From an uncultured Methylomirabilota bacterium (GTDB taxonomy: Bacteria; Methylomirabilota; Methylomirabilia; Methylomirabilales; 2-02-FULL-66-22), in assembly GCA_963705305.1 (NCBI GenBank), contig OY970067.1:96001-160000 (forward strand): 64,000 bases of DNA, read 5' to 3'. Every line of letters starts with the position of its first letter. Positions within the stretch are counted from its first letter, which is position 1. The translations under genes and the position numbers were made by a program. A model generated the notes under the pieces. The model searched no databases. It had not been told where the DNA came from and saw only the letters and a list, made by a program, of their open reading frames with translations. Shown here piece by piece: positions 1 through 9,420 of this stretch.

Positions 1-326
1 ATCAGATATCCCGTGGTGGCGCCGCTGACGAGGTAGCCCAGGCCGCCGGCGCCTCCAGCGAACATCGGCAGCCCAACAGCCCCCAGGACAAGATAGGTGG
101 CCTGGCTGAGAGAGCCCAGGGCAGGTCCCAGAGTGGCTCCGGCTAGAAGGACAAAAAACGTCTGGAGGGTGACAGGGACGGGTGTCCAGGGCAGGGGAAT
201 TCGAACGTAGGCCCCGAGGGTGGTCATCAGCACAAAGGCCAGAACGCCGATGATGGCCGAGGCCCTCGCGCCTTCCGTCCCTGCCGTCCACGTCGCAACT
301 CCAAACCATCGCGCCATCTCCCGCAC
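1..326 (-). CDS. bioY: Biotin transporter BioY (5' part; runs off the window edge; absent from ORF track)
   Basis: Manual translation gives ...LGAYVRIPLPWTPVPVTLQTFFVLLAGATLG...YLVLGAVGLPMFAGGAGG...TGYL, the BioY signature. Start is GTG 326 (AGGGAG upstream) or ATG 317. Confidence 0.9.
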   Translation of the reverse strand, partial: MREMARWFGVATWTAGTEGARASAIIGVLAFVLMTTLGAYVRIPLPWTPVPVTLQTFFVLLAGATLGPALGSLSQATYLVLGAVGLPMFAGGAGGLGYLVSGATTGYL

Positions 327-365
327 AATTATGTCTCCCTTTTGTGGTCCTGAAAGATCTCCGGA

Positions 366-998
366 TCAGCTCCCTCGGCGAATGCCGGAGGTTGTGGAGA
401 TCGTCTCCAACAATTCCCGCAATTCAAACATGGAATCCACAATAAAATCGGCGTGTTCCGAGGCCGGAGCCACAGGATTCCTCAACAGCACCGTGCGGAC
501 GCCCGCGCGGCGTCCTGCCAGCATGTCGAACTCGTAGTCGCCCACGAAAAGCACTTCCTCCGGGGCCAGCATCATCCGTCGGCAGGCCAGCCATACCGGG
601 TCCGGTGCCGGCTTGGGCGGTGCGTCCTCGCGGGACACGATCGCATCGAAGCGCAGCCCCAGTCGCGCGAACACCATGTCCACGCTTTTCCGGCTGTTCC
701 TAGTCACCAGGCCTCGCTTGAGGCCCCCAGCCTCCAGCCAATCCAGGATCGCCATCGCCCCGGCCACCGGCTTGGCGGTCGAGGCCGCGGCTGTCTCGTG
801 TCGTTCCAGGATGACCTCGGCGCGCCGCCGCTCAGCCGGCGCAAGAGCCTCCATCCGCTCGAGGATGAACCCTTCCGTCGTGCCGAATATCTCTCGCTTG
901 ATGGCGAGAAAATCCAGTTGCTGCTCGACGACCACCCCGTCCATATCGAACAGGATGCCGGCAACGGCTGCCGGGCCTCTCGTGCCTTCGGCTGTCAT
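366..998 (-). CDS. HAD-superfamily hydrolase (phosphoglycolate-phosphatase-like)
   Basis: Motifs FDMDG, VTRN, KPAP, VGDYEFD. Confidence 0.9.
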   Translation of the reverse strand: MTAEGTRGPAAVAGILFDMDGVVVEQQLDFLAIKREIFGTTEGFILERMEALAPAERRRAEVILERHETAAASTAKPVAGAMAILDWLEAGGLKRGLVTRNSRKSVDMVFARLGLRFDAIVSREDAPPKPAPDPVWLACRRMMLAPEEVLFVGDYEFDMLAGRRAGVRTVLLRNPVAPASEHADFIVDSMFELRELLETISTTSGIRRGS

Positions 999-1404
999 GG
1001 TACCTTCAGATCAAGAGGTGGCGGACCCCCGCATAGCCGAAGTACATGCCAAACCCCAATGGCGAGTCCATCTCTCCCGGCGGCCGCCGCGGACGCACCG
1101 TCCGGCGCAAACGCATGATAATCAATTATCTATAGCGTCAATCGAGACTTGGCGCAAGAGAATTTCAGGCACCCCGGGGGTCCCAAGTTGGAGACTCACT
1201 ACCGACACCGGCTAATCTGTGCGCGTGATCCGCCCATGACCTGCCCGGGCCGCATGCGAGAGCCGTCGATCCCGGCTCCGAATCACAGCCGATCCTGAAC
1301 GGGGCCGGCCGCAGGGTGGACAGGCCGGTTTCCCACCGACTATACTGCACGAGGCGCCTCGCGACGGACCGCGCAACAGCGTTCCGGGAGGGTCCGACTC
1401 AAAC

Positions 1405-2562
1405 GTGCTTGCCAATCTCGAGACGTGTCTCGCCGTCGCCGTGCTGGCTTTCTGGCTCTTCCTGGCCCTGGTCGGCACGGCCGCCATGAGGGGCATGCCC
1501 CGCCTCGTTCGGCTGCCTCTCCCCGGCCCGCACCCGGCCGTTTCGGCGGTCGTCCCGGCCCGCAATGAGGCGGCCGCACTGCCGTCCTCTCTTCCATCGC
1601 TCGCCGGCCAGACCTATCCCGATATGGAAGTGATCGCCGTGGATGACCGCTCTACGGACGGCACCGGAGAAGCGCTCGACTCGCTCGCGCGCGAACATTC
1701 CAGGCTGCGGGTCGTCCACGTGCAGGACCTCCCCGAGGGGTGGCTGGGAAAAACCCACGCCTTGTTCGTGGGCAGCCAGACCGCGAAGGGCGAGTGGCTC
1801 TTGTTCACCGATGCAGATGTCGTCTTCCATCCCCGCTGCTTGGAAGCGGCGATCGCCTATGCCGAGGCGAACCGCGTAGACCATCTGGTCCTGACCCCTC
1901 GCGCGGTGACCGCCGGCTTCTGGGAAGCGGTCCTGGTGGGCTGCTTTGGTCTGCTCTTCGGCTATGCCCTGCGGGCATGGCGGGTGAGCAATCCGCGCTC
2001 CTCCGCCCACATAGGCATCGGCGCATTCAACCTGATTCGGCGGTCGGCGTATCGGGCCATCGGAAGCCACCGCGCCTTGGCCAACTCGATATTGGACGAT
2101 CTGGAGTTGGGCCGATTGGTAAAGGCCAAGGGCCTGCGCCAGGCTGTGGCGCGCGGAGAGGACTGGCTGTCGGTGCGCTGGCAGGTGGGCTTTCGCGGGG
2201 TGGTGTCCGGGCTGGAGAAGAACGCTTTCGCAGGTGTCGGCTACTCCCTGGTCCGCGCGCTGGGGCTGAGCCTGGGCGTAGCCCTGGTTGGGATCGGTCC
2301 CTTCCTGGGGGTGCTCCTCGGTGGGACCCGGATGCTCTGCGGTGCGGCGGCGCTCCTGGTGATCGTGATCCAGGGCATTCACGCGCGCCAGGCGCGCCTC
2401 CCCTTTTGGTCGGCGTTCTTCCATCCCATGGCCATCGCCGTCCTCATATATATTCTCCTCCGTTCGGCCTTCCTGACCCTCTCCCGCGGCTCCGTCGAAT
2501 GGCGCGGAACCGCCTATCCCCTCGAGGGTCTCCGTCGCCCTCCCGGCGGGGAGCCAAGCTGA
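1405..2562 (+). CDS. Membrane-bound family 2 glycosyltransferase
   Basis: VPARNE, VDDRSTDGT, GWLGK, FTDADV, ILDD motifs; N- and C-terminal TM segments. Confidence 0.88.
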   Translation: MLANLETCLAVAVLAFWLFLALVGTAAMRGMPRLVRLPLPGPHPAVSAVVPARNEAAALPSSLPSLAGQTYPDMEVIAVDDRSTDGTGEALDSLAREHSRLRVVHVQDLPEGWLGKTHALFVGSQTAKGEWLLFTDADVVFHPRCLEAAIAYAEANRVDHLVLTPRAVTAGFWEAVLVGCFGLLFGYALRAWRVSNPRSSAHIGIGAFNLIRRSAYRAIGSHRALANSILDDLELGRLVKAKGLRQAVARGEDWLSVRWQVGFRGVVSGLEKNAFAGVGYSLVRALGLSLGVALVGIGPFLGVLLGGTRMLCGAAALLVIVIQGIHARQARLPFWSAFFHPMAIAVLIYILLRSAFLTLSRGSVEWRGTAYPLEGLRRPPGGEPS

Positions 2563-2701
2563 CGGCGCGTCTTCCGGCGGCATCGTCCGATCCGGGTTGA
2601 CAGCCGGAGATCCGCCAGGCAGCATACGCCTCGGCCATTGGACCGCAGGCGGGAGACCAGACCCGGGGTTCGTTTCCTGGTTGAAGATAGGAGGGCATGC
2701 T

Positions 2702-4063
2702 ATGACACCGCTTGGAAAAACCTCCGGCTGCCATCACCAGTGTCCCGCCCGGCTGCTGCTTGTCACGATTCCGTTCGTCGCGGCCATGCTCTGGGCGCCC
2801 TGCGGGCAGGCCGCCCAGGCGCCCGCCTTCAACTGGCACCAGTTCGAGGGCACGACATTGCACGTGCTCCTCAGCAAGAGCCACTGGCAGCAGGTGATCG
2901 CCCCCCACCTTCCGGAGTTCGAGAAGCTCACCGGGATAAAGCTGGTCAGCGAGGTCTATCCGCAGGGCCAGCTCTGGGATGCCCTGGAGAAGGGCCTGGC
3001 GGAGCCGGGTCGCGTGGACGTGTTCATGACGGTCCCCGGCCTCGACGGTCTCCGCTACCTGCGCGCCGGCGAGATCCAACCCGTGAACGAATACCTGAAG
3101 GATCCCCACCTGACCGCGCCGGATTACGATTGGCAGGATTTCCTCCCGCGGGCCCGTGAGGCCATGGAAATCGAGGGGGCCATCCTGGGCCCGCCTGTCA
3201 TGGGTGAGCACCTGGCGATTCTGTACCGAAAGGATGTGTTCAAGCAATACCACGTGGCTGTCCCCCGGACCCTCGACGAGTTGGAGGCGGCCGCCCGGCT
3301 GCTTCACATGAAGCCCATGGGGCCCAAGGGGGAGCCCGGCGTGGGCCTGGTGTGCCGGGGGAGCGGGGCTACCGCCACCTCCCTGTACGCCGCGATCCTG
3401 CACGCGTATGGCGGGACTTGGTTCGACGGCGATCACCGCCCCGCCATCAACGGGCCCAAGAGCCTGGAGGCGCTGGAATTGATCTCGCAGCTTCTCAGCC
3501 ACTACGCTCCCCCCAACGTCTCCAGCTTTGACTGGCGAGAGGCCTCCAACGTCTTTCTCGATGGCAAGGCCGCCATGTACATCGAGGGCAGCTCCATCTA
3601 TCCGCTGATCGAGGATCCCGGCAACTCCTGGATCGCCGGGAAGGTCGGCTACGCCGTGTTCCCCGGCGGTCCCGGCGGCCCGGGGACGTCCATTGCCGTG
3701 CGGGGCCTGGCCATCGCAAAGGACAGCGCCCACCCGCAGGCCGCGTGGCTGTTCCTGCAGTGGGCCAGCACCAAGGACATGGTGCGGGAGGCCCTGGGCA
3801 AGGGAGTCCTGGTCGGCCGCGAGTCGGTCTGGAAAGACCACTCCCTTTACGGCATGATCCCCGACGACCTGGCCCAATCGTTCCAGGAGGCCGGACGGAT
3901 CGGGAATCCGCTGTGGGCCCCTCCCATGGTGGCGGTGACATCGGCCCGGGAGGCCGTGGGAATGGCGGTCACGGCCGCCATCCGCGGGGAGGGCATCCAG
4001 CCCGCGGCGGATGCCGCAGCCAAACGATTGACCCAGATCCTCCAGCTGACCGAGCCCCGGTAG
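2702..4063 (+). CDS. Sugar ABC transporter substrate-binding protein (CUT1 type), paralog 1
   Basis: ATG 2702 after GGAGGG; LYRKDVF, VPRTLDEL, GKAAM, AWLFLQWA motifs. Confidence 0.88.
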   Translation: MTPLGKTSGCHHQCPARLLLVTIPFVAAMLWAPCGQAAQAPAFNWHQFEGTTLHVLLSKSHWQQVIAPHLPEFEKLTGIKLVSEVYPQGQLWDALEKGLAEPGRVDVFMTVPGLDGLRYLRAGEIQPVNEYLKDPHLTAPDYDWQDFLPRAREAMEIEGAILGPPVMGEHLAILYRKDVFKQYHVAVPRTLDELEAAARLLHMKPMGPKGEPGVGLVCRGSGATATSLYAAILHAYGGTWFDGDHRPAINGPKSLEALELISQLLSHYAPPNVSSFDWREASNVFLDGKAAMYIEGSSIYPLIEDPGNSWIAGKVGYAVFPGGPGGPGTSIAVRGLAIAKDSAHPQAAWLFLQWASTKDMVREALGKGVLVGRESVWKDHSLYGMIPDDLAQSFQEAGRIGNPLWAPPMVAVTSAREAVGMAVTAAIRGEGIQPAADAAAKRLTQILQLTEPR

Positions 4064-4289
4064 CGTTCCGGCCGGGAACCCTGACTTCCGGCGCCTCCCT
4101 GCCGCCTGTCGGCGGACGGGGGGCGCCGAATCATTCCCTCCGCCAAACAACCCCCTTCGTGCACGGCGCCCCGGCCTTGATTCCGATGGCCGCCTGTGGT
4201 ACGAATCCAGTCTACCGATGCCTCATCGGGTCGCCTTTTTTGTGCGCCGCAGGAACAGGAGATTGTACGACGTTGAGAGGAGGTCTCGT

Positions 4290-5609
4290 ATGGGCCGCGC
4301 GTTGAAGATCGCGATCCTTGCCTTGATCATGGGGTTGATGGTCGCCCCATCCGTCCAGGCCGCCCAGTTCAACTGGCAACAGTTCAAGGGCACCCAACTG
4401 CGCATCCTGCTGAACAAGCACCCATGGCAGCAGGCGATCGAGCCGCACCTGAAGGATTTCGAGGCGCTCACGGGCATCAAGCTTGTCACCGAGGTCTATC
4501 CGGAGGACCAGTTCCGGGCCAAGACCCTGGTGGAGCTGACCTCGGGGGCCAGCAGCATCGACGTGTTCATGAGCATGCCCGCCCAGGAGGGACTCAAGTA
4601 CATGCGCGCGGGCTGGCTGCAGCCCGTGGACGAGTACCTCAAAGATCCGTCCCTCACCGCCCCGGACTACAACTGGAACGATTTCCTGAGCAAGACCCGC
4701 GAGGCCATGACGGTGGAAGGCAAGCTGGTGGGCCCCCCCATCCAGGTGGAAAACGTCTCCCTGATATACCGGAAGGACGTTTTCCAGAAGTACCAGGTGA
4801 AGGTGCCCACCACGCTGGCTGAGGTGGAGGCTGCCGCCAAGGCGCTAAACGGCAAGATCATGACCGACGACGGGCAGCCCGGCTTCGGCATCGTCGCCCG
4901 CGGCAAGCGCGCGGCGGCCACCTCTATGTTTGCCGGCATGCTGTACGCCATGGGCGCCGAGTGGATCGGGCCCAACCGCGAGCCGGTCTTCAACTCGCCG
5001 CAAGGGATCCAGGCCTTCGAGATGTGGGGGCGCCTCCTCCGCCTGTACGGTCCCCCCGGCTCCGAGAACAACCACTGGTACGAGGCATCCTCCATCTTCT
5101 CGCAGGGCAAGGCCGCCATGTACCTCGATGCCAACTCCCTCTGGGTCGTGGTGGAGGATCCGCAGAAATCCAAGGTCCAGGGAAAGGTGGGCTACGCCCT
5201 GTTCCCGAAGGGTCCTCAGGGTCAGCCCGGCTCCACCGTGGCCGTGTGGGGGCTGGCCATCCCCAAGACCAGCAAGAACCAGAAGGCCGCCTGGCTCTTT
5301 TTGCAGTGGGCCACCAATCACGACCAAGTCTTCAAGGTCCAGACCGAGCGGGGCGTCCTGGGCTGCCGCGAGTCGGTGTGGAACGACCCGAAAGGACGCG
5401 CCAAGGTACCGGCCGATCTCGCCGAGTCGCTGAAGGAAGGCTCGAAGATCGGGACGCCATTCTGGAACCCGCCCGTGGTGGCTGTGGCCGAGGTGCGCGA
5501 CGCCATCGGCGCGGCCATCGTGACGTCGATCCAGGGCGGCGACGTCCCGGCCGCGGTCAATAAAGCGGCCGCCGACGTGAAGCGAATCATGGCCGAGACC
5601 GAGAAGTAA
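4290..5609 (+). CDS. Sugar ABC transporter substrate-binding protein (CUT1 type), paralog 2
   Basis: ATG 4290 after AGGAGG; signal peptide ending VQA; same motifs as paralog 1. Confidence 0.92.
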   Translation: MGRALKIAILALIMGLMVAPSVQAAQFNWQQFKGTQLRILLNKHPWQQAIEPHLKDFEALTGIKLVTEVYPEDQFRAKTLVELTSGASSIDVFMSMPAQEGLKYMRAGWLQPVDEYLKDPSLTAPDYNWNDFLSKTREAMTVEGKLVGPPIQVENVSLIYRKDVFQKYQVKVPTTLAEVEAAAKALNGKIMTDDGQPGFGIVARGKRAAATSMFAGMLYAMGAEWIGPNREPVFNSPQGIQAFEMWGRLLRLYGPPGSENNHWYEASSIFSQGKAAMYLDANSLWVVVEDPQKSKVQGKVGYALFPKGPQGQPGSTVAVWGLAIPKTSKNQKAAWLFLQWATNHDQVFKVQTERGVLGCRESVWNDPKGRAKVPADLAESLKEGSKIGTPFWNPPVVAVAEVRDAIGAAIVTSIQGGDVPAAVNKAAADVKRIMAETEK

Positions 5610-5635
5610 GAACAGCGCTCCATCCAGAGCAGACC

Positions 5636-5671
5636 ATGCCGGAGGAGGCCCGCCCGGGCTTCCTCCGGCAT
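5636..5671 (+). terminator. Strong intercistronic stem-loop after the binding-protein gene (mRNA stabiliser or partial terminator)
   Basis: ATGCCGGAGGAGGCCCG-cc-CGGGCTTCCTCCGGCAT. Confidence 0.55.
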
Positions 5672-5684
5672 CCTTTGAGCCCTC

Positions 5685-6608
5685 ATGCGCACCGACACCC
5701 GCAGCCCCCGCGGTAGAACCTGGTACACGTCCGGATGGTCGCTCTTCGTCGAGAAGCATCCGGTGCTCGTCTTCACCTTCCCGGCGGCCGTGGTGGTGTT
5801 CATCCTCATGGTCTTCCCGGTCGGCTACACCTTCTACATGAGCCTCCACTCCTGGTACGCCAGCAGCCTGACCTCCCCGGAGTTCATCGGGCTGCAGAAC
5901 TTCAGGCGGGCCTTCTTCGAGGATGAGCGGTTTCGGAACGCGCTCTGGCTGACCGTCTATTTCACCGTCCTGGCCACCGGCCTGCAGGTCGTCCTGGGGG
6001 TGGCCCTGGCCCTGCTGCTCAACCGCCCCTTCCGGGGCAAGGGATTTTTCCGCTCCATCTTCCTGCTGCCCATGGTGGCCACGCCCGTGGCCATCGCCCT
6101 GGTCTGGATGATGATGTACAACCCCACGCTGGGGGTGATGAACTACCTCGTCGGCATGGTGGGACTGGGGCCCTACAAGTGGGTGAGCGACGTCCGGATC
6201 GTGATCCCGGCCCTGGCGGTGGTGGACACCTGGGAGTGGACGCCCCTCATCACCCTGATCACCCTGGCGGGGCTGGCCACCCTGCCCCTGGAGCCATACG
6301 AGTCGGCGCTGATCGACGGGGCGACGCCCGCCCAGATGTTCTGGCGGATCACCCTGCCGCTCCTCCGGCCCGCGATCATGGTGGCCCTGCTGTTCCGGGC
6401 CATCGACTGTCTCAAGACCTTCGACATCATCTACGTCATGACCGCCGGGGGACCGGGCTTTGCCTCGGAGACGCTCAACGTCTATACCTTCCAGGTGGGT
6501 CTGTTTTACTTCCACATCGGCTACGCCTGCTCCCTGCTGGTCATCCTGTTCGCGCTGGTCGTGGGCGTCAGCCTGGTGCTGATCAAGATTCGACGGGGGT
6601 CCTGGTAA
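5685..6608 (+). CDS. Sugar ABC transporter permease (MalF/UgpA type)
   Basis: EAA-like motif YESALIDGA...ITLPLLRP; KTFDII; multiple TM helices. Confidence 0.93.
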   Translation: MRTDTRSPRGRTWYTSGWSLFVEKHPVLVFTFPAAVVVFILMVFPVGYTFYMSLHSWYASSLTSPEFIGLQNFRRAFFEDERFRNALWLTVYFTVLATGLQVVLGVALALLLNRPFRGKGFFRSIFLLPMVATPVAIALVWMMMYNPTLGVMNYLVGMVGLGPYKWVSDVRIVIPALAVVDTWEWTPLITLITLAGLATLPLEPYESALIDGATPAQMFWRITLPLLRPAIMVALLFRAIDCLKTFDIIYVMTAGGPGFASETLNVYTFQVGLFYFHIGYACSLLVILFALVVGVSLVLIKIRRGSW

Positions 6609-6727
6609 GAGTCGCCAGTGGGCGACACCGACAAACCGACAACGAACCACGTCATGCCGGCCGGCTGCGCTCGGCGGCGGCCAGCCGGCAGTAGCCGGTC
6701 TTCCAAGCGGCATCAGCGAGAGGTCCG

Positions 6728-7549
6728 ATGCGCACCTTGACACGGTCGGCGGAGAGTCCCTGGACATACGTCCTGCTGGTCGTCATTCTGCTCCCATTCC
6801 TCTTCCCCCTGGCCTGGATGCTCCTGTCGTCCCTCAAAACCCAGGTGCAGAATACGGCCTATCCGCCCGTCTGGATCTTTACCCCCACGCTCAACAACTA
6901 CCGCGAAGTCTTCATCCGGAACCCCTTTTTCACCTTTACCTGGAACAGCATGGTGGTGGCGGCCGGCTCCACCGGCCTGGCCCTGATTTTCGGCCTGCCC
7001 GGCGCGTACGTCGTGGCCCGCTTCAAGCAAACCGGCATCGCCCTGGCCATCCTCAGCGCGCGTATGGCCCCCGGCATCGGCTACCTCATCCCCTGGTTCA
7101 TCCTGTTTACCAAGGCCAAGATGATCGACACCTACACGGCGCTCATCCTCACGCACCTGATCGTAGCCCTGCCCCTGGTGCTCTGGGTGATGATCGGCTT
7201 TTTCGAGGACGTCCCGGGCGAGTTGATCGAGGCGGCCCGCATCGACGGCTGCTCCAATTTCTCGGCTTTCTGGCGCGTCGCCCTGCCCCTGGTGAAACCC
7301 GGCATCGTGGCCACGGCCATCCTGAGCTTCATCTTCTCCTGGAACAACTTCCTGTTCTCGCTGATCATCGCCGGTTACAAGACGCGCACGCTTCCCATCG
7401 CCGTCTACAACTTCCTGTCCTACGAAGAGATCAACTGGGGCGGCCTCACGGCGGCCGCCACCATCATCACGCTGCCGGTCCTTATCCTCTCCCTCTTCAT
7501 CCAGAAGCACATCGTGCGAGGCCTGACCCTTGGAGCCCTGAAGGGATAG
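6728..7549 (+). CDS. Sugar ABC transporter permease (MalG/UgpE type)
   Basis: LIEAARIDGC, FIFSWNNFLF, GLTLGALKG. Confidence 0.93.
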   Translation: MRTLTRSAESPWTYVLLVVILLPFLFPLAWMLLSSLKTQVQNTAYPPVWIFTPTLNNYREVFIRNPFFTFTWNSMVVAAGSTGLALIFGLPGAYVVARFKQTGIALAILSARMAPGIGYLIPWFILFTKAKMIDTYTALILTHLIVALPLVLWVMIGFFEDVPGELIEAARIDGCSNFSAFWRVALPLVKPGIVATAILSFIFSWNNFLFSLIIAGYKTRTLPIAVYNFLSYEEINWGGLTAAATIITLPVLILSLFIQKHIVRGLTLGALKG

Positions 7550-7634
7550 GGGATCGGCCGGAGGCCGCCCGGCTCCCCCGGGCCTGTCCGCGCCAGGCGG
7601 CTGCTGGTCTCCGGCCCCGCAGAAGGAGGCACCC

Positions 7635-8411
7635 ATGCGACTCGCCAACAAATCCGCTATCATCACCGGGGCCGGCCGCGGCATCGGCAAGGCGACCGCT
7701 CTCCGGTTCGCCCGGGAAGGGGCCGATATTCTCACGCCGGACCTGGATCTGGCGATGAGCCAGCAAACGGCGCGGGAGATCCAAGCCCTCGGGCGCAAAG
7801 GCCTCCCCCTGCAGATGGATGTCACGCGGATGGCGGACATCCAGCGCATGGTGGAGACGGCCCTCCGCGAGCTCGGGAAGATCGACATTCTCGTGAACAA
7901 CGCGGGCGTCACCCTGGTGCGGGATCCGCTCCAGCTCAGCGAGGCCGACTGGGACCGCACCCTGACCTTGAACGCCAAGGCGGTCTTCTTCTGCTCCCAG
8001 GCGGTGGCCCGCGAGATGGCGAAGCGCCGCAGCGGGGTCATCCTCAACGCCGCCTCCATCTCCGGGCGCTCCGGCAAGCCGATGATGGTGGATTACTGCG
8101 CGTCCAAGTTCGCTGTGATCGGAATGACCCAGGCGCTGGCGCTGGCGCTGGCCAAGTACGGGATCCGGGTCAACGCCGTGGCGCCGGGAATCGTGGATAC
8201 GGACATGTGGATGGACATCGATCGGGAGTGGTCGGCCCTGGAGGGCAAGCCCACTGGCAGCATGAAGCAGTCGCGGGTGGCTGCCATTCCCCTGGGCCGG
8301 ATCGAGACCCCCGAGGACGTGGCCAATGTGTACACGTTCCTGGCCTCGGACGAGGCCGGCTACATCACGGGCCAGACCTACAACGTGTGCGGCGGGCTGC
8401 AATTGAACTAG
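7635..8411 (+). CDS. SDR-family NAD-dependent oxidoreductase (polyol/acetoin dehydrogenase-like)
   Basis: TGAGRGIG, NNAG, YCASK, ITGQ. Confidence 0.92.
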   Translation: MRLANKSAIITGAGRGIGKATALRFAREGADILTPDLDLAMSQQTAREIQALGRKGLPLQMDVTRMADIQRMVETALRELGKIDILVNNAGVTLVRDPLQLSEADWDRTLTLNAKAVFFCSQAVAREMAKRRSGVILNAASISGRSGKPMMVDYCASKFAVIGMTQALALALAKYGIRVNAVAPGIVDTDMWMDIDREWSALEGKPTGSMKQSRVAAIPLGRIETPEDVANVYTFLASDEAGYITGQTYNVCGGLQLN

Positions 8412-8412
8412 C

Positions 8413-8440
8413 AGCCTGCTGAAAAAGGCCCATCTGCTTC
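8413..8440 (+). repeat. Truncated copy (left end only) of a MITE-like palindromic repeat
   Basis: AGCCTGCTGAAAAAGGCCCATCTGCTTC matches the left ends at 10421 and 33106. Confidence 0.8.
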
Positions 8441-8450
8441 CGGGACTGCC

Positions 8451-9407
8451 ATGCGGCTTGACATCTCCGTTCCGTCGGACAAGCCCTTCGACGTGGTCGG
8501 CGTCGGCATCAACGTCATCGATTACCTGTTCCAGGTTTCGCAGTTCCCCGAGCCGGATACCAAGGTGGACGCCCTGACCTCCTCGACCCAGGGCGGGGGA
8601 CTCACCGCCACGGCCATGGTGACCTGCGCCCGGCTGGGGCTGCGGACACGCTACATCGGCAAGTTCGGCAGCGATCAGATCGGACGCCTGGCCCGCGAGG
8701 AGCTGGAGGCCGAGGGCATCGATCTGGGCGGGGCGGTCCAGGCCGCCGGGACGCCACACCGGCTGTCCATCGTCCTGGTGGAGCAGACCACGGGCCATCG
8801 GACGATCGTGCGCCGGTACGACCCACGGATCCGGCTTCGCCCCGAGGATCTGTCCCGCGAGGCGGTCTGCGCGGGTCGGATCCTGCACCTGGACGGCTAC
8901 GAGGGGGACGCCGCGGTGCAGGCGGGCCGCTGGGCGCGGGAGGCAGGCATCCCCGTCTCGATGGATGCGGAAGAGCCCACCGAGCGTCGCGACGAGCTGT
9001 TCCGCCTCACGGACATCCTCATCGTGGGCCGGCGATTTGGCCGCATGCTCACCGGAACGGACGAGCCCGCCGCGATCCTGCGCGGCCTGGAGGGATGCGG
9101 GCCGCCCGTCCTCGGGCTGACGCTGGGCGAAGACGGCTCCATGCTGCGCTTCCGCGGCGAGACCGCGCAGGCGCCGGGCTTCCGGGTGGATGTTGTGGAC
9201 ACCAATGGAGCGGGAGATGTGTTCCACGGCGCCTTCCTGTACGGCCTGTTGCAGGGCTGGCAGCCCGGCGATATACTGGCCTTCGCCAACGCGGTGTCGG
9301 CGCTGAAGTGCCGACAACTGGGCGGCCGCGCCGGCATCCCGCGCGTCGAGGAGGTTCGAGCCTTCCTCACCGCCGGCCCGGTGCGACATCCGTCAATACC
9401 ACTCTAG
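8451..9407 (+). CDS. PfkB-family carbohydrate kinase (resembles the YihV/sulfofructose-kinase group)
   Basis: GGGLTATA..ARLG, DTNGAGDVFHGAF, ALKC..LGGRAGIP. Confidence 0.88.
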   Translation: MRLDISVPSDKPFDVVGVGINVIDYLFQVSQFPEPDTKVDALTSSTQGGGLTATAMVTCARLGLRTRYIGKFGSDQIGRLAREELEAEGIDLGGAVQAAGTPHRLSIVLVEQTTGHRTIVRRYDPRIRLRPEDLSREAVCAGRILHLDGYEGDAAVQAGRWAREAGIPVSMDAEEPTERRDELFRLTDILIVGRRFGRMLTGTDEPAAILRGLEGCGPPVLGLTLGEDGSMLRFRGETAQAPGFRVDVVDTNGAGDVFHGAFLYGLLQGWQPGDILAFANAVSALKCRQLGGRAGIPRVEEVRAFLTAGPVRHPSIPL

Positions 9408-9420
9408 AGGAGTTCACCCC

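Noticed and set aside
8451..9407. Sulfoglycolysis (sulfo-EMP) cluster
   Set aside because: Only the kinase resembles YihV; no sulfoquinovosidase, isomerase, aldolase or SLA reductase is adjacent.
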